Origin: Eledone cirrhosa
Lineage: Eukaryota
Direction: 5' to 3'
Assembly: GCA_964016885.1 (NCBI GenBank)
Contig: OZ024740.1
Span: 218,674,001-218,738,000 of the forward strand
DNA length: 64,000 bases
Below the pieces are notes generated by a model, which worked only from the letters and a program-made list of their open reading frames with translations, was not told the origin of the DNA and did not search any database. The translations under genes and the position numbers were made by a program. Positions 25,579-38,699 of this stretch are shown in pieces; position 1 is the first letter of the stretch; the number at the start of each line of letters is the position of its first letter.

Positions 25579-26235
25579 ATAGACGGTAGCTACGGAGTAG
25601 GCAGACCCAGAAACACCTGGGACGAGCTGATAAATTCCGACCTCACACACTTACACCTCTTCAAGACAATGTCACTGGACCGAGACCTTTGGCGGTACTC
25701 AGTAATAGAGAGACCCGCCTTACCTAAATACAAAGTAAAACCTACTACAGTCAGTAGGCATCTCTAACAAAATACACCCCCGTCCCACCACCCCCACCCC
25801 ATCCACACCGCCCCTTTCAATGTAAAGTTATGTTGGTGCCACAACATCCAGGCCGAAACAAATGAGATCGTGTAGGTGTCACGACAAAAAAACACACAGT
25901 CTACGCTGTAATGTGGCCGTGTAGGCAACACGGTAAAAACCTCCCAGCCCCACACTGTAAATGTGGTTGGTGTTAGGAAGGGCATCCAGCTGTAGAAAAC
26001 CCGCCAGACAGTCCACGCTGTAATGTGGCCGTGTAGGCAACACGGTAAAAACCTCCCAGCCCCACACTGTAAATGTGGTTGGTGTTAGGAAGGGCATCCA
26101 GCTGTAGAAAACCCGCCAGACAGTCCTATGCGAGCAAGACAATCACTCTTGCCTCAAGTGGGAAAACCCCCGTCCAAACCCATGCAAGCGTGGAACACGG
26201 ACGTTAAACGTTGATGATGATGATGATGATGATGA
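25575..26235 (+). mobile_element. 3' fragment of the same RTE LINE with an internal tandem duplication of about 112 bp
   Basis: Homologous to 1704-2233 (KIDGSYGVGRPRNTWDELINSDL); follows a (TA)n tract; (GAT)n tail. Confidence 0.92.
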
Positions 26236-27344
26236 TATATACATTATACAAATGGAATTACTTGCATAATTACATTTACTTATAATTATATAGTGCAGGC
26301 ATAGCTGTGTGGTTAAGAAATTAGCTATAATCGCAGGCTGGCTAAAGCCTTGTGAGTGAGATATGGTTTACAGAATACTGCTGGGTGTGTGTGTGTATGG
26401 ACATAGATTCTGCTTATCTCTGTGTATCCAGTTTAGAGTAGGTACACTGTATCCCTGCATCCTATAAAAAGCAACTAAAAGGGTTAAACATCAGGAAAAA
26501 AAAACCAGCTCTAAAACATTGCTTGAAATGGCCTGTCCAATCCATACCAACATGGAAATATCAACATAAAAATGATGATGATGTCGATGATATATATATA
26601 TGTGTATATATATATATATATATTTGAAAAGTCAGCAATAAGAAAACAACACAGGAGAAATATACATGTTAACAGATTAGTTTATCACTTGTTATAGTTG
26701 TGAAAAAGTCTTAATGTTTTGGATGCTAGTCCTTCATCAGAAAATAAAAGAGAGAAGAGAGAAACCATGTGTAAGTCAGCCATATTGAAAAATGTATACA
26801 TGTGTGTATACATACATGTATGTGTCTGTATATATATATATATATATCTTTATAATATAGCCATGATCTGAGAATTATAGGAAGTATCCTTCACTAGAAA
26901 TACGAGTTAAGGAAGGAAACTAAATATGTGCACACAGACCCACACATCTAGTTTAGACTGGATTAAACCTGAATGGTAGTTTATCAGGAAGTGTCATTGA
27001 GCCATACTTAACACACTTAAGGTGTGACCACAACAATGACATCGAGATGTTGTGGTAATATCTGATTGTTACATCATCCTATACTGATTCTTCCTTTATG
27101 GAGAGAGACATTAGACAGGGGAGTGGAATGGCACAATTGCTAGTGGGTCGGACACCATGCTTTGCAGAATAGAGTTATGGCCATTTACGTTCTGAGTTCA
27201 AATCCCGTTGAGGTTAGCTTTACCTTTCATCCTTACGGGATCGATAAAATAAAGTACCAGTAATGCACTGGGGTCGATTTAATTGACTTTCCCCTCCCCA
27301 ATTGCTGGCCTTGTGCCTAAAATAGAAATTATTATTATTTAAAC

Positions 27345-28035
27345 CAAGGGTTGTGAATTGGCAGTATCGGTAGAGGGTCGGACACCATGTTAGGGTGGTG
27401 GATTGGCAGTATCGGTAGAGAGTCGGACACCATGTTAGGGTGGTGGATTGGCAGTATCGGTAGAGGGTCGGACACCATGTTAGGGTGGTGGATTGGCAGT
27501 ATCGGTAGAGAGTCGGACACCATGTTAGGGTGGTGGATTGGCAGTATCGGTAGAGGGTCGGACACCATGTTAGGGTGGTGGATTGGCAGTATCGGTAGAG
27601 GGTCGGACACCATGTTAGGGTGGTGGATTGGCAGTATCGGTAGAGGGTCGGACACCATGTTAGGGTGGTGGATTGGCAGTATCGGTAGAGGCTCGGACAC
27701 CATGTTAGGGTGGTGGATTGGCAGTATCGGTAGAGGGTCGGACACCATGTTAGGGTGGTGGATTGGCAGTATCGGTAGAGGGTCGGACACCATGTTAGGG
27801 TGGTGGATTGGCAGTATCGGTAGAGGGTCGGACACCATGTTAGGGTGGTGGATTGGCAGTATCGGTAGAGGGTCGGACACCATGCTTTGATGCATAGTTA
27901 CGGCTCTTGCCATTGTGAGTTCAAATCCCACCGAGGTTAACTTTGCCTTTCATCCTTACAGGGTCGATAATATAAAGTACCAGTAATGTACTGGGTAATT
28001 GCTGGCCTTGTGCCAATAGTAGAAACAATTATTAT
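27345..28035 (+). mobile_element. SINE family B with a tandemly amplified 45-bp head (about 12 units)
   Basis: Unit GGGTGGTGGATTGGCAGTATCGGTAGAGGGTCGGACACCATGTTA repeated to about 27885, then the normal SINE body; sits in the tail of another family B copy (about 27120-27340). Confidence 0.92.
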
Positions 28036-28074
28036 TAAACCACTCTACTTGGGTTGAATTGTCTTACCTAGTGT

Positions 28075-29356
28075 GAAGGTAGTACAGTGGTAGTGTGGTA
28101 GTTGTGGTGGTAGTACAGTAGTAGTGTGGTGGTTGTGGTGGTAGTGTGCTGGTTGTGGTGGTAGTACAGTGGTACTGTGGTACTGTGGTAGTTGTGGTGG
28201 TAGTACAGTAGTAGTGTGGTGGTTGTGGTGGTAGTGTGCTGGTTGTGGTGGTAGTACAGTGGTAGTGTGGTAGTTGTGGTGGTAGTACAGTAGTAGTGTG
28301 GTGGTTGTGGTGGTAGTACAGTGGTAGTGTGGTAGTTGTGGTGGTAGTACAGTAGTAGTGGTGGTTGTGGTGGTAGTGTGGTAGTTGTGGTGGTAGTACA
28401 GTGGTAGTGTGGTGGTTGTGGTGGTAGTGTGCTGGTTGTGGTGGTAGTACAGTGGTAGTGTGGTAGTTGTGGTAGTACAGTGGTAGTGTGGTGGTTGTGG
28501 TGGTAGTACAGTGGTAGTGTGGTAGTTGTGATGGTAGTACAGTGGTAGTGTGGTAGTTGTGGTGGTAGTACAGTGGTAGTGTGGTGGTTGTGGTGGTAGT
28601 GTGCTGGTTGTGGTGGTAGTACAGTGGTAGTGTGGTAGTTGTGGTAGTACAGTGGTAGTGTGGTGGTTGTGGTGGTAGTACAGTGGTAGTGTGGTAGTTG
28701 TGATGGTAGTACAGTAGTAGTGTGGTGGTTGTGGTGGTAGTACAGTGGTAGTGTGGTAGTTGTGGTGGTAGTACAGTAGTAGTGTGGTGGTTGTGGTGGT
28801 AGTACAGTGGTAGTACAGTGGTAGTGTGCTGGTTGTGGTGGTAGTACAGTGGTAGTGTGGTCGTTGTGGTGGTAGTACAGTAGTAGTGTGGTGGTTGTGG
28901 TGGTAGTGTGCTGGTTGTGGTGGTAGTACAGTGGTAGTGTGGTCGTTGTGGTGGTAGTACAGTAGTAGTGTGGTGGTTGTGGTGGCAGTGTGCTGGTTTT
29001 GGTGGTAGTACAGTGGTAGTGTGGTAGTTGTGGTGGTAGTACAGTAGTAGTGTGGTGGTTGTGGTGGTAGTGTGCTGGTTGTGGTGGTAGTACAGTGGTA
29101 GTGTGGTAGTTGTGGTGGTAGTACAGTAGTGTGGTGGTTGTGGTGGTAGTGTGCTGGTTGTGGTGGTAGTACAGTGGTAGTGTGGTCGTTGTGGTGGTAG
29201 TACAGTAGTAGTGTGGTGGTTGTGGTGGTAGTACAGTGGTAGTGTGCTGGTTGTGGTGGTAGTACAGTGGTAGTGTGATAGTTGTGGTGGTAGTGTGCTG
29301 GTTGTGGTGGTAGTACAGTGGTAGTGTGGTAGTTGTGGTGGTAGTACAGTAGTGTG
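28075..29356. repeat. G/T-rich minisatellite, unit about 31 bp (GTAGTACAGTGGTAGTGTGGTAGTTGTGGTG) with shorter variants
   Basis: Seen directly. Confidence 0.95.
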
Positions 29357-29475
29357 GAACTTTTGGCAGCTGTTTTCTATATTTAATATATTATTATTAT
29401 TTATATTTTGTTTTGGTCAATTGTTGAATTTGAGTGTATATTTATATATATATATATATATATGTATGTATATGA

Positions 29476-29781
29476 AGGCACATGGCTTAGTGGTTAGAGC
29501 ATTGGCCTTGCAATCGAAAGGTTGTGAGTTCAATTCTCAGACCAGGTGATGTGTTGTTTCCTTGAGCAAGACACTTTATTTCACATTGCTCCAGTTTACT
29601 CAGCTGTAGAAATGAGATGATAGGACTGGGGTCCCTATCATTCCACTGTGAAGTGGTCGTGGAGGTGCCATGGCAAAAAAGCACCCAGCACTCACTGTAA
29701 ATCAAGCCAGCATCAGTTCCCGTCCCACCCTTGCAAACAGGGAAAAAGCGGACGTAAAATGAAATGATGATGATGATGATG
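29476..29781 (+). mobile_element. SINE family A with an internal deletion in the tail
   Basis: Same head and core as 24344; lacks the GAGGTTGGTG...GTAGAA segment. Confidence 0.88.
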
Positions 29782-29952
29782 TTACTCTACAACCCCAAGT
29801 ATCGAGTACTCTGTCTAAATAGTTTTAAATTGTTTCTATTGTAAACAAAACTTCCTTGCTTTTTCTAATATATACAATTTGCCTGTGCATAGAGTGCTTG
29901 CTTTGGTACCAACACCAGTAATTCACTGAATCACCTACATTATATATATATA

Positions 29953-30143
29953 AGGGCGGTGGATTGGCAGTATCAGTAGAAGGTCGGACGCCATGCTTTC
30001 CAGCATAGTTACGTCCCTTTACGGTCTGAGTTCAAATCCCGCCAGGGTTAACTTTGCCTTTCATCCTTACGGGATAGATAAAATAAAGTACCAGTAATGC
30101 ATTGGGTAATTGTTGGCCTTGTGCCAAAAAGTAGAAACAATTA
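29953..30143 (+). mobile_element. SINE family B
   Basis: Homologous to 24137-24325. Confidence 0.88.
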
Positions 30144-30608
30144 TATATATCGACAACACTCGATCGACTTTCGTCAAATCGGACCGAGGAAACAATGTTT
30201 CCATTGGTCTTTCTAATTGCTAATATTCTCTATCGGTCGCAACTCCAGGTAGAAGGAGCAACATGAAATAAAGTGTCTTGCCCAAGGACATAACGCATCG
30301 CCCAGCGCCTTCACATTATATATACCATATATATATAAAGTAGTCATGTAGGTGTCACTACAAAAAGCGCCCAGTCCACACTGTAAAGTGGTCATGTAGG
30401 TATCATGACTAAAGCACCTAGCCCACATTGTAAAATGGTTGTGTAGGTATCATGACAAAAAGTGCCTAGCACACACTGTAAATGTGGTTGGTGTTAGGAA
30501 GGGCATCCAGCTGTAGAAACCAAGCCAAAATCAGTTCTGGATCTCTCATAATGGGACAACCTGTCTAACTCCTGCTAGCGTAGAAAATGGACGTTAAATA
30601 ATGATAAT

Positions 30609-30794
30609 TGTTTCTACTTTTGGCACAAGGCTAGCAATTACCCAGTGTATTACTGGTTACTTTATTTTATCGACCCCGTAAGGATGAAAAGCAAAGTTAA
30701 CCTCGGCGGGATTTGAACTCAGAATGGCAAGGGCCGTAACTCTATGCGTCAAAGCATGGCATCCGACCTTCTACCGATACTTCCAATCCACCGC
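30609..30794 (-). mobile_element. SINE family B inserted in the tail of an RTE-tail element
   Basis: 17-bp TSD CGTTAAATAATGATAAT at 30592-30608 and 30795-30811. Confidence 0.9.
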
Positions 30795-30842
30795 CGTTAA
30801 ATAATGATAATGATGATATATGTTAGGTGTGTAAAACAAGTG

Positions 30843-31046
30843 TTAACCCTTTAGCATTTAAACTGGCCGTACCCTGTTCAAACCAGCCGTAACTGGCTGC
30901 TCATACCTATATTAAGGTATTGTTCTCAAAATAAGTGACATCAAAATCTCTTAGATTCGATGTTACATAGATAATTATGTAAAATAAAGCCTTTACTGTG
31001 AAAATACAATAGTAACTATAGAATCATGTAAATGCTAAAGGGTTAA
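30843..31046 (-). mobile_element. piggyBac-like MITE, complete
   Basis: TTAA-CCCTTTAGCATTTA ... TAAATGCTAAAGGG-TTAA. Confidence 0.88.
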
Positions 31047-31511
31047 ATGATAATGATGAGATATGTTAGGTGTGTAAAACAGGTTTTAAATGATGATGAT
31101 GATGATGACAACAACAATGATATATGTGTCTGTGTCTGTGTTTCTCCAATCCTCCAATGTATATAGGAAAAATATGATAAAATTAGCAAGAACTCCAATA
31201 AACTGGTGCTTTTGAACAGAAAATTTTACTTTTTGGTATTTGTTCTAAACTGAGTTGCAGACATAGTCTTGTTATTCCCATATGATATGAATGCAGCAAA
31301 TCAGTGATTCACAGTGACAATGCTATTGTTCACCAAATGCAGTAATCATTATCATCAATACATATTTACCATCCTGGCATGGGTTGGATGGGTTGTCCTG
31401 ATCTGATACTAGGCAGGGCAGCTGGGATAATGCCTTGCTCATATGCTCCCATTTTTTTATACGACTAGAATTTGTTTCCATATGCTAATGCATATGTGTA
31501 TATATGTTTGC

Positions 31512-31850
31512 ATCATCATTTCATCATTTCATTTTACGTCCGCTTTTCCCTGCTTGCAAGGGTGAAACGGGAACCCATTCTGGCTTGATTTCTGCAGCTG
31601 GATGCCCTTCCTAACACCAACCTCATTTACAGTGAGTGCTGGGTGGATTTTTGCTGTGGTGCCTCCACGGCCACTTTGCAGTGGAATGATATGGACCCCA
31701 GTCCCTATCATCTCATTTCTACAGCTGAGCAAACTGGAGCAATGTGAAATAAAGTGTCTTGCTCAAGGAAACAACACATCACCCGGTCTAAAATTGAACT
31801 CACAACCTTTCGATTGCAAGGCCAATGCTCTAACCACTAAGCCATGTGCC
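31512..31850 (-). mobile_element. SINE family A, full length
   Basis: Reverse complement of the 24344-24686 family. Confidence 0.9.
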
Positions 31851-32536
31851 TGCATGTGTGTATATATATTTGTGTCTTTGTATGTGCATATAAATACATT
31901 TATATGTATGAGTATATAAATATAAACACACAAACACAGACACACTTACACAAAATAAACACTTACAGACATACATTCACACAAACACATACATACATTC
32001 ACACTAACACACATATATACATTCACACAAACACACATACATTTACACAAACACACACATACATTCACACAAACACACACACATATTTATACAAACACAC
32101 ACATACACATACACTCACACACAGTGTAGTAGTTTTCATCATCCCCTTCCCTTTACACACACATACATTCACACATGCAGCAGTAAAGAGAGGGGAGTAG
32201 TATGAGGTAGTCAAACTACTCCTCTCTCTTTACGTGTTGTGACAGAATCGCATAAATTCCTATATAGATTTCTACAGCTGGATGTCCTTCCTGATGCCAA
32301 CTGCTTTACAGCATGTATTATTAAATAAAAGTATAAATATAATAAACATCTGAACTTCAAGTTTTACCACACTACCCTACTCTAGTAAATGTTTATTTGA
32401 AGAGAGAAGGATAAACATATAGAATAATAAATAAATAAATAACTAGATAGACATAGAGGGGTAGATATATAGAGAAATAGGCAGATAAAGGGATAGACAG
32501 ATAGAGAGAGAGAGAGAGAGAGAGACAGGCACACAC

Positions 32537-32567
<31 letters not shown>

Positions 32568-33191
32568 GAGAGAGACATCAGATAGAAAGATAGCCATATA
32601 GAGAGAAAGGCAGATAGAGAGATAGACATATATATAGAGAGAGAGAAAGAGAGAGGGTGGGGAGATAGATAGAGAGATAGACATATAACAAGATAGCAAC
32701 CATAGAGAACTCTTATAATGTGGAGCAGAGTTTGACATTTGTAAGAGGATCAAAGAGGAGTATTAACCAAGAAGCTGTCAACATGGTGGTAAAATATTGT
32801 GGTAAAGATATTAGAAGAGATAAAAATGATGAGCTTAGAAGAAAGAAACAGAGGAAATGAGATAACAAAGAAGAATATATTTAGAGGTTATGTAGAAAGT
32901 TCAACAGTAGATTTATACAGCTAAAATTGAATAAAAGAGAGTAGTGGAGCAGACATTAACCAGTGTTCTATGCCAAGAGACTTAGAGATCTGAACATTTT
33001 CAATTTGCATTAGATTGTGGTCAAAATGATATGGGTCTAGCTATCATCCTATTGTCTTACTTCAATGATAATTCTGGGTTTCAAATCATGCCAAGATCAA
33101 TATTGTCTTAGAATATCCTTTCAGAATCGATAAATAAAGTAATAATCTATGAACAGTGGATTGTTAAAGAGCCAGACGGGATGTTTTACAG

Positions 33192-33470
33192 GAGAGGTTC
33201 TTAAACTTTTTGGGCCATCAGCCGCCCCCCACCATATTTCTAGAGAGACCTACATACATGCAAATTGTAAATAATATAGAATAAATAAAATTGTAATTTA
33301 TATATAATAAATAATATAATATATACTATGTATAAATAAATGTTTTATATTTTTTTATTTTACTGTATTTATATATAATATGTATCATTTGATATTTAAT
33401 ATACTATTATATCATCTCTACTGCCCCCCTCTCCCCTAGGAGGCAGTAACACCCATTTTGAGAACCTCTG
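33192..33470. mobile_element. Diverged hAT-type MITE
   Basis: Termini GAGAGGTTCTTAAACT / TTTGAGAACCTCTG resemble the TIRs at 11349-12047; TSD not clear. Confidence 0.55.
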
Positions 33471-34617
33471 CTTTACTGCATCTGTTCCACCTCAACGCTT
33501 TCTGAGTTCAAATCTCACTTCCTTGTCACTAGAAAAGTAATGACCTTTATGCCAAGAGTTGTGACCACCAGATATTATCACCAATAGAAAGATCAATGGA
33601 AATAGTTTCCTTGGTCAAATCTGATGATCAGCTCTTTACATTCCTAATGTAAAGTAAAAAAAAGTAATTGGACTTTTGGTAGTTTCAGGTGATGATTGTT
33701 CCAGGTAGTCAATCAAAAGAATGTTCTGCTGGTGAAATTAATACTCATATATATATACATAATGTAATCCTCAGGGATATTCTGTGTAATATAGTGTGTA
33801 AGAAACTTGATGTTTTGAATTACTGATATAGTCCTTTCTACAGACTCTCTAAAGGTTTCCATTTTACCTAATTTCACTCACAAGATTCCACACAGTGGGA
33901 TCAAACTTGGAAACCTATGATTCTGAAACAAAGTTCTTAAATATTCAGCCATACTGTGTAGTAGTAGTGGTAGTGGTAGTGGTGGTGGTAGTGGTAGTGG
34001 TGGTGGTGGTAGCAGCAGCACCGCTGCCACCGCCACCACCATCATCATCACCATCACCAATTGCTAAAGTAAAAATAAAGTTAATATACAGGTTACACTT
34101 CTTCAAATCTGGCCACCTTGGGACCAGGCTATACAGTTTGACCACAAAAAAATTGACAGAAACAGAAATTGACTCTAAGAAGAACTCCTATATAAACAGT
34201 TTTGCCATCTCATTTCACATATATAATAGTTTATAATGATGTCTCATCAAATCTAGAACAAGCTAAAAATAATACAAACTACTCTCAGATCTTGAATAAT
34301 TGTACCTCTTCTTTATTAATTTTTCAGATCCCCACCACACACTTTTAGCCCCCCCCCCCCCCCACTGCTTATTAAATTTTGTTAATCTATCTCTGATAAA
34401 ATTTTATTGTAAATTATTCAGAATCTAATAATTTTATTTTACATTAAAAAAACATTATATATGACAAAAAAAAGAACATTACAAGAAATTCCATATTTAC
34501 GAATGTACACTATACAATTACTGATTTCCCAACCCCACTGTTTATTCCCCCACCCCTATTATTTGGGACCCGAGAGTAAAAATGCTTTCAACCATGTTTA
34601 AAGCCAAAAGTAATAAT

Positions 34618-34818
34618 TGTTTCTACTTATGGCACAAGGCCAGCAATTACCCAGTGCATTACTGGTACTTTATTTTATCGACCCCGTAAGGATGAAAGGC
34701 AAAGTTAACCTCGACGGGATTTGAACACAGTCCATAAAGTGACGTAACTGTGCTGCAAAGCATGGCGTGTTGGACGCCATGCTTTGCAGCACAGTTACGT
34801 CTACCGATACTGCCAATT
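34618..34818 (-). mobile_element. SINE family B with an internal fold-back duplication
   Basis: TSD AAAAGTAATAAT on both sides; perfect 28-bp inverted repeat at 34741-34801. Confidence 0.85.
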
Positions 34819-36559
34819 AAAAGTAATAATACAAGTCAGATTCAAGATGTGCTGGACCATGGGAGCTGCCAGACAATGGAGTGCTGATTTGATCCTTTTT
34901 TACCATATTTCTAATGAACGATACTGCCTATGATTTTCAATTATCATACATACTCAAATATAAGCTGAGGAATATGTGACCAAAAAATCTATGGTAGAAG
35001 GGGTTGGCTTATATTTGGGCGTTGATATTTTGAGGATTTTCATCAACTTCAAATTCTACATAAACAAGGTTTGTATTTTTGCCCATTTCACAAACATAAA
35101 ATAGTGGGGTCAGCTTATATTTGAGTATATATGGTAGCTTTTAAAAATAATTAAGAATTTGAAGAGATTTAGTAATATAACTAATTTTTTTCCTTAAGCT
35201 GGTTTATATATCATAACAAAATTTTCTTCCATAAAAGAAAATGATAGATTTAAATTTAAATATGAACTCTTTAAAACTTGATTTTGTATTATAAAATCAG
35301 ACTGTTTTAGGCTGTTTGGTACAGGAGGGTCTAGTGGTCCAACCTGTACTAAGGAGGGGAGATAAAGCAGCTGAAGCTAATGACTTCAGGTAGGAAATAA
35401 CATTCTTCTTGAAGAAATGTGTTGTATTTTTAGAGGGGATGGGGCAACATAATGCCAATGTAGGTGAATTGGTAGAGTCATTAGGGAATTGGATTAAATA
35501 CTTAACTATATTTATTCCAGCTCTTTACAGTCTGAGTTCAAATTTTTCTGAGGTCACCTTTGCCTTTCATCCTTTCAGGCTTGTTAAAAAAGTACCAGTC
35601 TTAGGTAATGAATGAAGGGAACTGTTAGAGCATTGGAAATGATGCCTTGTGGTGTTTGTTCTGATTCTGTCTGTTCTGGGTGATATAATTGTTTCTACAT
35701 TTGGCACAAGGCCAGCAATTACCTAGTGTATTACTGGTACTTTATTTTATCGACCCCGAAAATGATGACATAATAGGATTGGGAATTTTCTTAACATTAA
35801 AACAGCCAAGAAACTTCCCATGAGATGGATGTAATCTCATAGGAGGTTAGCTAAACCTACACATGTGTGAGCTGTAACATCAACAACAAAGGGTACATAT
35901 GTTTATAGGCTACTTTATGTCTACATTATTTAGCAACTGCTCTTTATACTTAACAGCTAGCTGGACCACCATGCATAGGTAATGTGTATCAACTGGCATT
36001 TGATTTTCTGATTTGACCCTAGGGAGTTTAGGTCTTGAAATTGCAGTTTCTCCACTTGCTATATCTAGAAAACACGACTCTACGTGTGTGTATGTATATA
36101 TGTAAATGCTAGCCCTTCTTCCTTTCTCTTCTTTCCTACGCATCCAATAACTTATCATAATTATTTAAATTTTCCATAGCGTCTAAAATAACGTTTTTTT
36201 AAGCCCTTTTACATAAACCTCATTTGCATACTCATCTTAATAATTTGAAATATCTGACTTTTCTTCTCTTCCCTTCACTATCCAGGGATAACTTGAACCG
36301 TTAAGGTACATTATCCTTGGTTATGTCAAAATTTATAAAACACACTTCGTATTTTATCTGATGATAGCTTACCAAAATTTTTGGTACCCTTGAAATATAT
36401 ATAATAGAATAAATATGGTTTTATAAATATAATTTCCATTTATTTAATATCATTGTATATTATACTCCAGAAAACTTGTTGAGTGCTCTGAATCAGTTAT
36501 AAACATTTATATTTGTTGAATTACCAACAAATTGAATATCCCTTCTGCTTATATATATA

Positions 36560-36625
<66 letters not shown>

Positions 36626-37010
36626 CGTTCATCATTTCCTTCCCAGGAGGACCTCAGACACAACATGCATCCCAATGGTGTAATGAGACAGTGATGGTGA
36701 CATGATAAAATACATCCAAGCCACTCAGCATGGTGGTAGTGTTGTTACCATGATGAAAAGCACTTAGTCCTGTAAGTTGGTAGTGCTGGTGCCATGACAA
36801 AAAGCACCCACCCAACCTCATAAAGTGATAGTGCTGGTGCCATAAAAAATGCTCTCAGAACACACTGTAAAGTGGTTGGCAGGAGAAATGGTGTAATGAG
36901 ACAGTGATGCTGACGTGAATAGACCTGTTTTTTCTTTAAAAAATTTCTTTTTCATTTCTGCCACTGCCCATCTTCTCTGTCTTTCTGTTCTTCATTAATT
37001 TCTCATTCTA

Positions 37011-37047
37011 TTTTCTGATGAAGGACTAGTGTCCGAAACGTTAAGAC
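37011..37047 (+). ncRNA. Minimal (Penelope-type) hammerhead motif
   Basis: TTTT-CTGATGA-A-GGAC-TAGT-GTCC-GAAACGTTA-AGAC: intact core, 4-bp stem II, palindromic AACGTT stem III region, weak stem I. Decayed copies at 26708-26744 (-) and 17113-17126 (-). Confidence 0.6.
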
Positions 37048-37133
37048 TCTTTTCCTCCTATATCAAGCATAAAATTAATAATATATTTCTTCATTGTACT
37101 GTGACACTTGCTTTGTTATTTCTATTTGCCTTT

Positions 37134-37174
<41 letters not shown>

Positions 37175-37520
37175 GTTTCTACGTTAGGCACAAGGCCAGC
37201 AATTACCCAGTTCATTACTGGTACTTTATTTTATCGACCCCGTAAGGATGAAAGGCAAAGTTAACCTCGGCGGGAGTTGATATATATATATATTATATAT
37301 ATATATATATATAATGTGTGTGTGTTATGTATTTCCGTAGAAAAGGTAAAGGAAAGAAGACTAGAACTGTTTCCTTCATAAGAAATCATCAACTGTCTGA
37401 GGAACCTGTAGCATGTAGGAGAAACTCCAGCATAACAAACCACCGGATCAGCCTTAATAAACTATCAATCTTTACTATATAGTATTGAATATATAATCAT
37501 ATATTAGCACATACACTCAA

Positions 37521-37563
<43 letters not shown>

Positions 37564-37767
37564 TATACACACACACACATATATATACACACATATATAT
37601 ATACACAGACACATATATATATATACACACACATACACATATATATATACACACACACACATATATATATATACACATACACATATATATATACACATAT
37701 ATACATACACATATATATACACACACACATATATATATATACACACACACACATATATATATATATA

Positions 37768-38699
37768 TGGTGGCTGCCAACTCGTTTTCGAGTACGGCCA
37801 CTACTTTATATCCATGTAGGAGAACCCCTACCGATGCGCTGAACGAGTGTGACTTTTTAGTCCAGCCAGCGACTTGAAAACTCTGGTACAAACACTACAC
37901 TTGTGACAATTATTGACACATAGTGCTGGGCCCATGGTACCATGTGACGACAAGTGCAGAGAGATCTCCAGATACAAAGCAATGCCTGTGCCGTGAAGCT
38001 TTTATAGTGAGCAAAGGCACTGCACAAAGCCAGTCCCACTCTCTTAACCAAGATGATATTTACCAAAAAGAAGAACAAGTCAACATCATTGGATACCATC
38101 AGGGTTGCAGGTGTTATATCAGAGTTTTCCTTCTCCTAGAATTCTGCCTTGACAAAGGCTAAGGGGTCATCTCTCCCAATATATATATATATATATATAT
38201 ATACTCTGGTACAAACACTACACTTGTGACAATTATTGACACATAGTGCTGGGCCCATGGTACCATGTGATGACAAGTGCAGAGAGATCTCCAGATATAA
38301 AGCAATGCTTGTGCCGTGAAGCTTTTATAGTGAGCAAAGGCACTGCACAAAGCCAGTCCCACTCTCTTAACCAAGATGATATTTACCAAAAAGAAGAACA
38401 AGTCAACATCATTGGATACCATCAGGGTTGCAGGTGTTATATCAGAGTTTTCCTTCTCCTAGAATTCTGCCTTGACAAAGGCTAAGGGGTCATCTCTCCC
38501 GGTGATTTTGGATGGCCATTGACTCTTAAGAGCTCCTTTGCCCTTTGACAGGTTTTGTTTTTAGTCCTGCAGGATGTCCAAAGTCACCCTCCTCACCAAG
38601 AAACCTTGGTTGGGTTGCCAGTTTAGTCGCCAACGACCCGACCATGGGACAGGTTGTACTGGGATACATGTTACCAGTAGCACCAACTGGTGACCTGAC

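Noticed and set aside
27335-27931. CRISPR-like array or repeat-protein ORFs; one TTAGGG per unit
   Set aside because: Units are contiguous with no unique spacers and equal the SINE head. TTAGGG arises at the unit junction and is not a telomeric array.
37857-38485. Repeated 79-90 aa ORFs (MVSNDVDLFFF..., MLGPWYHV...)
   Set aside because: They recur only because the non-coding repeat is duplicated; frames differ between copies.
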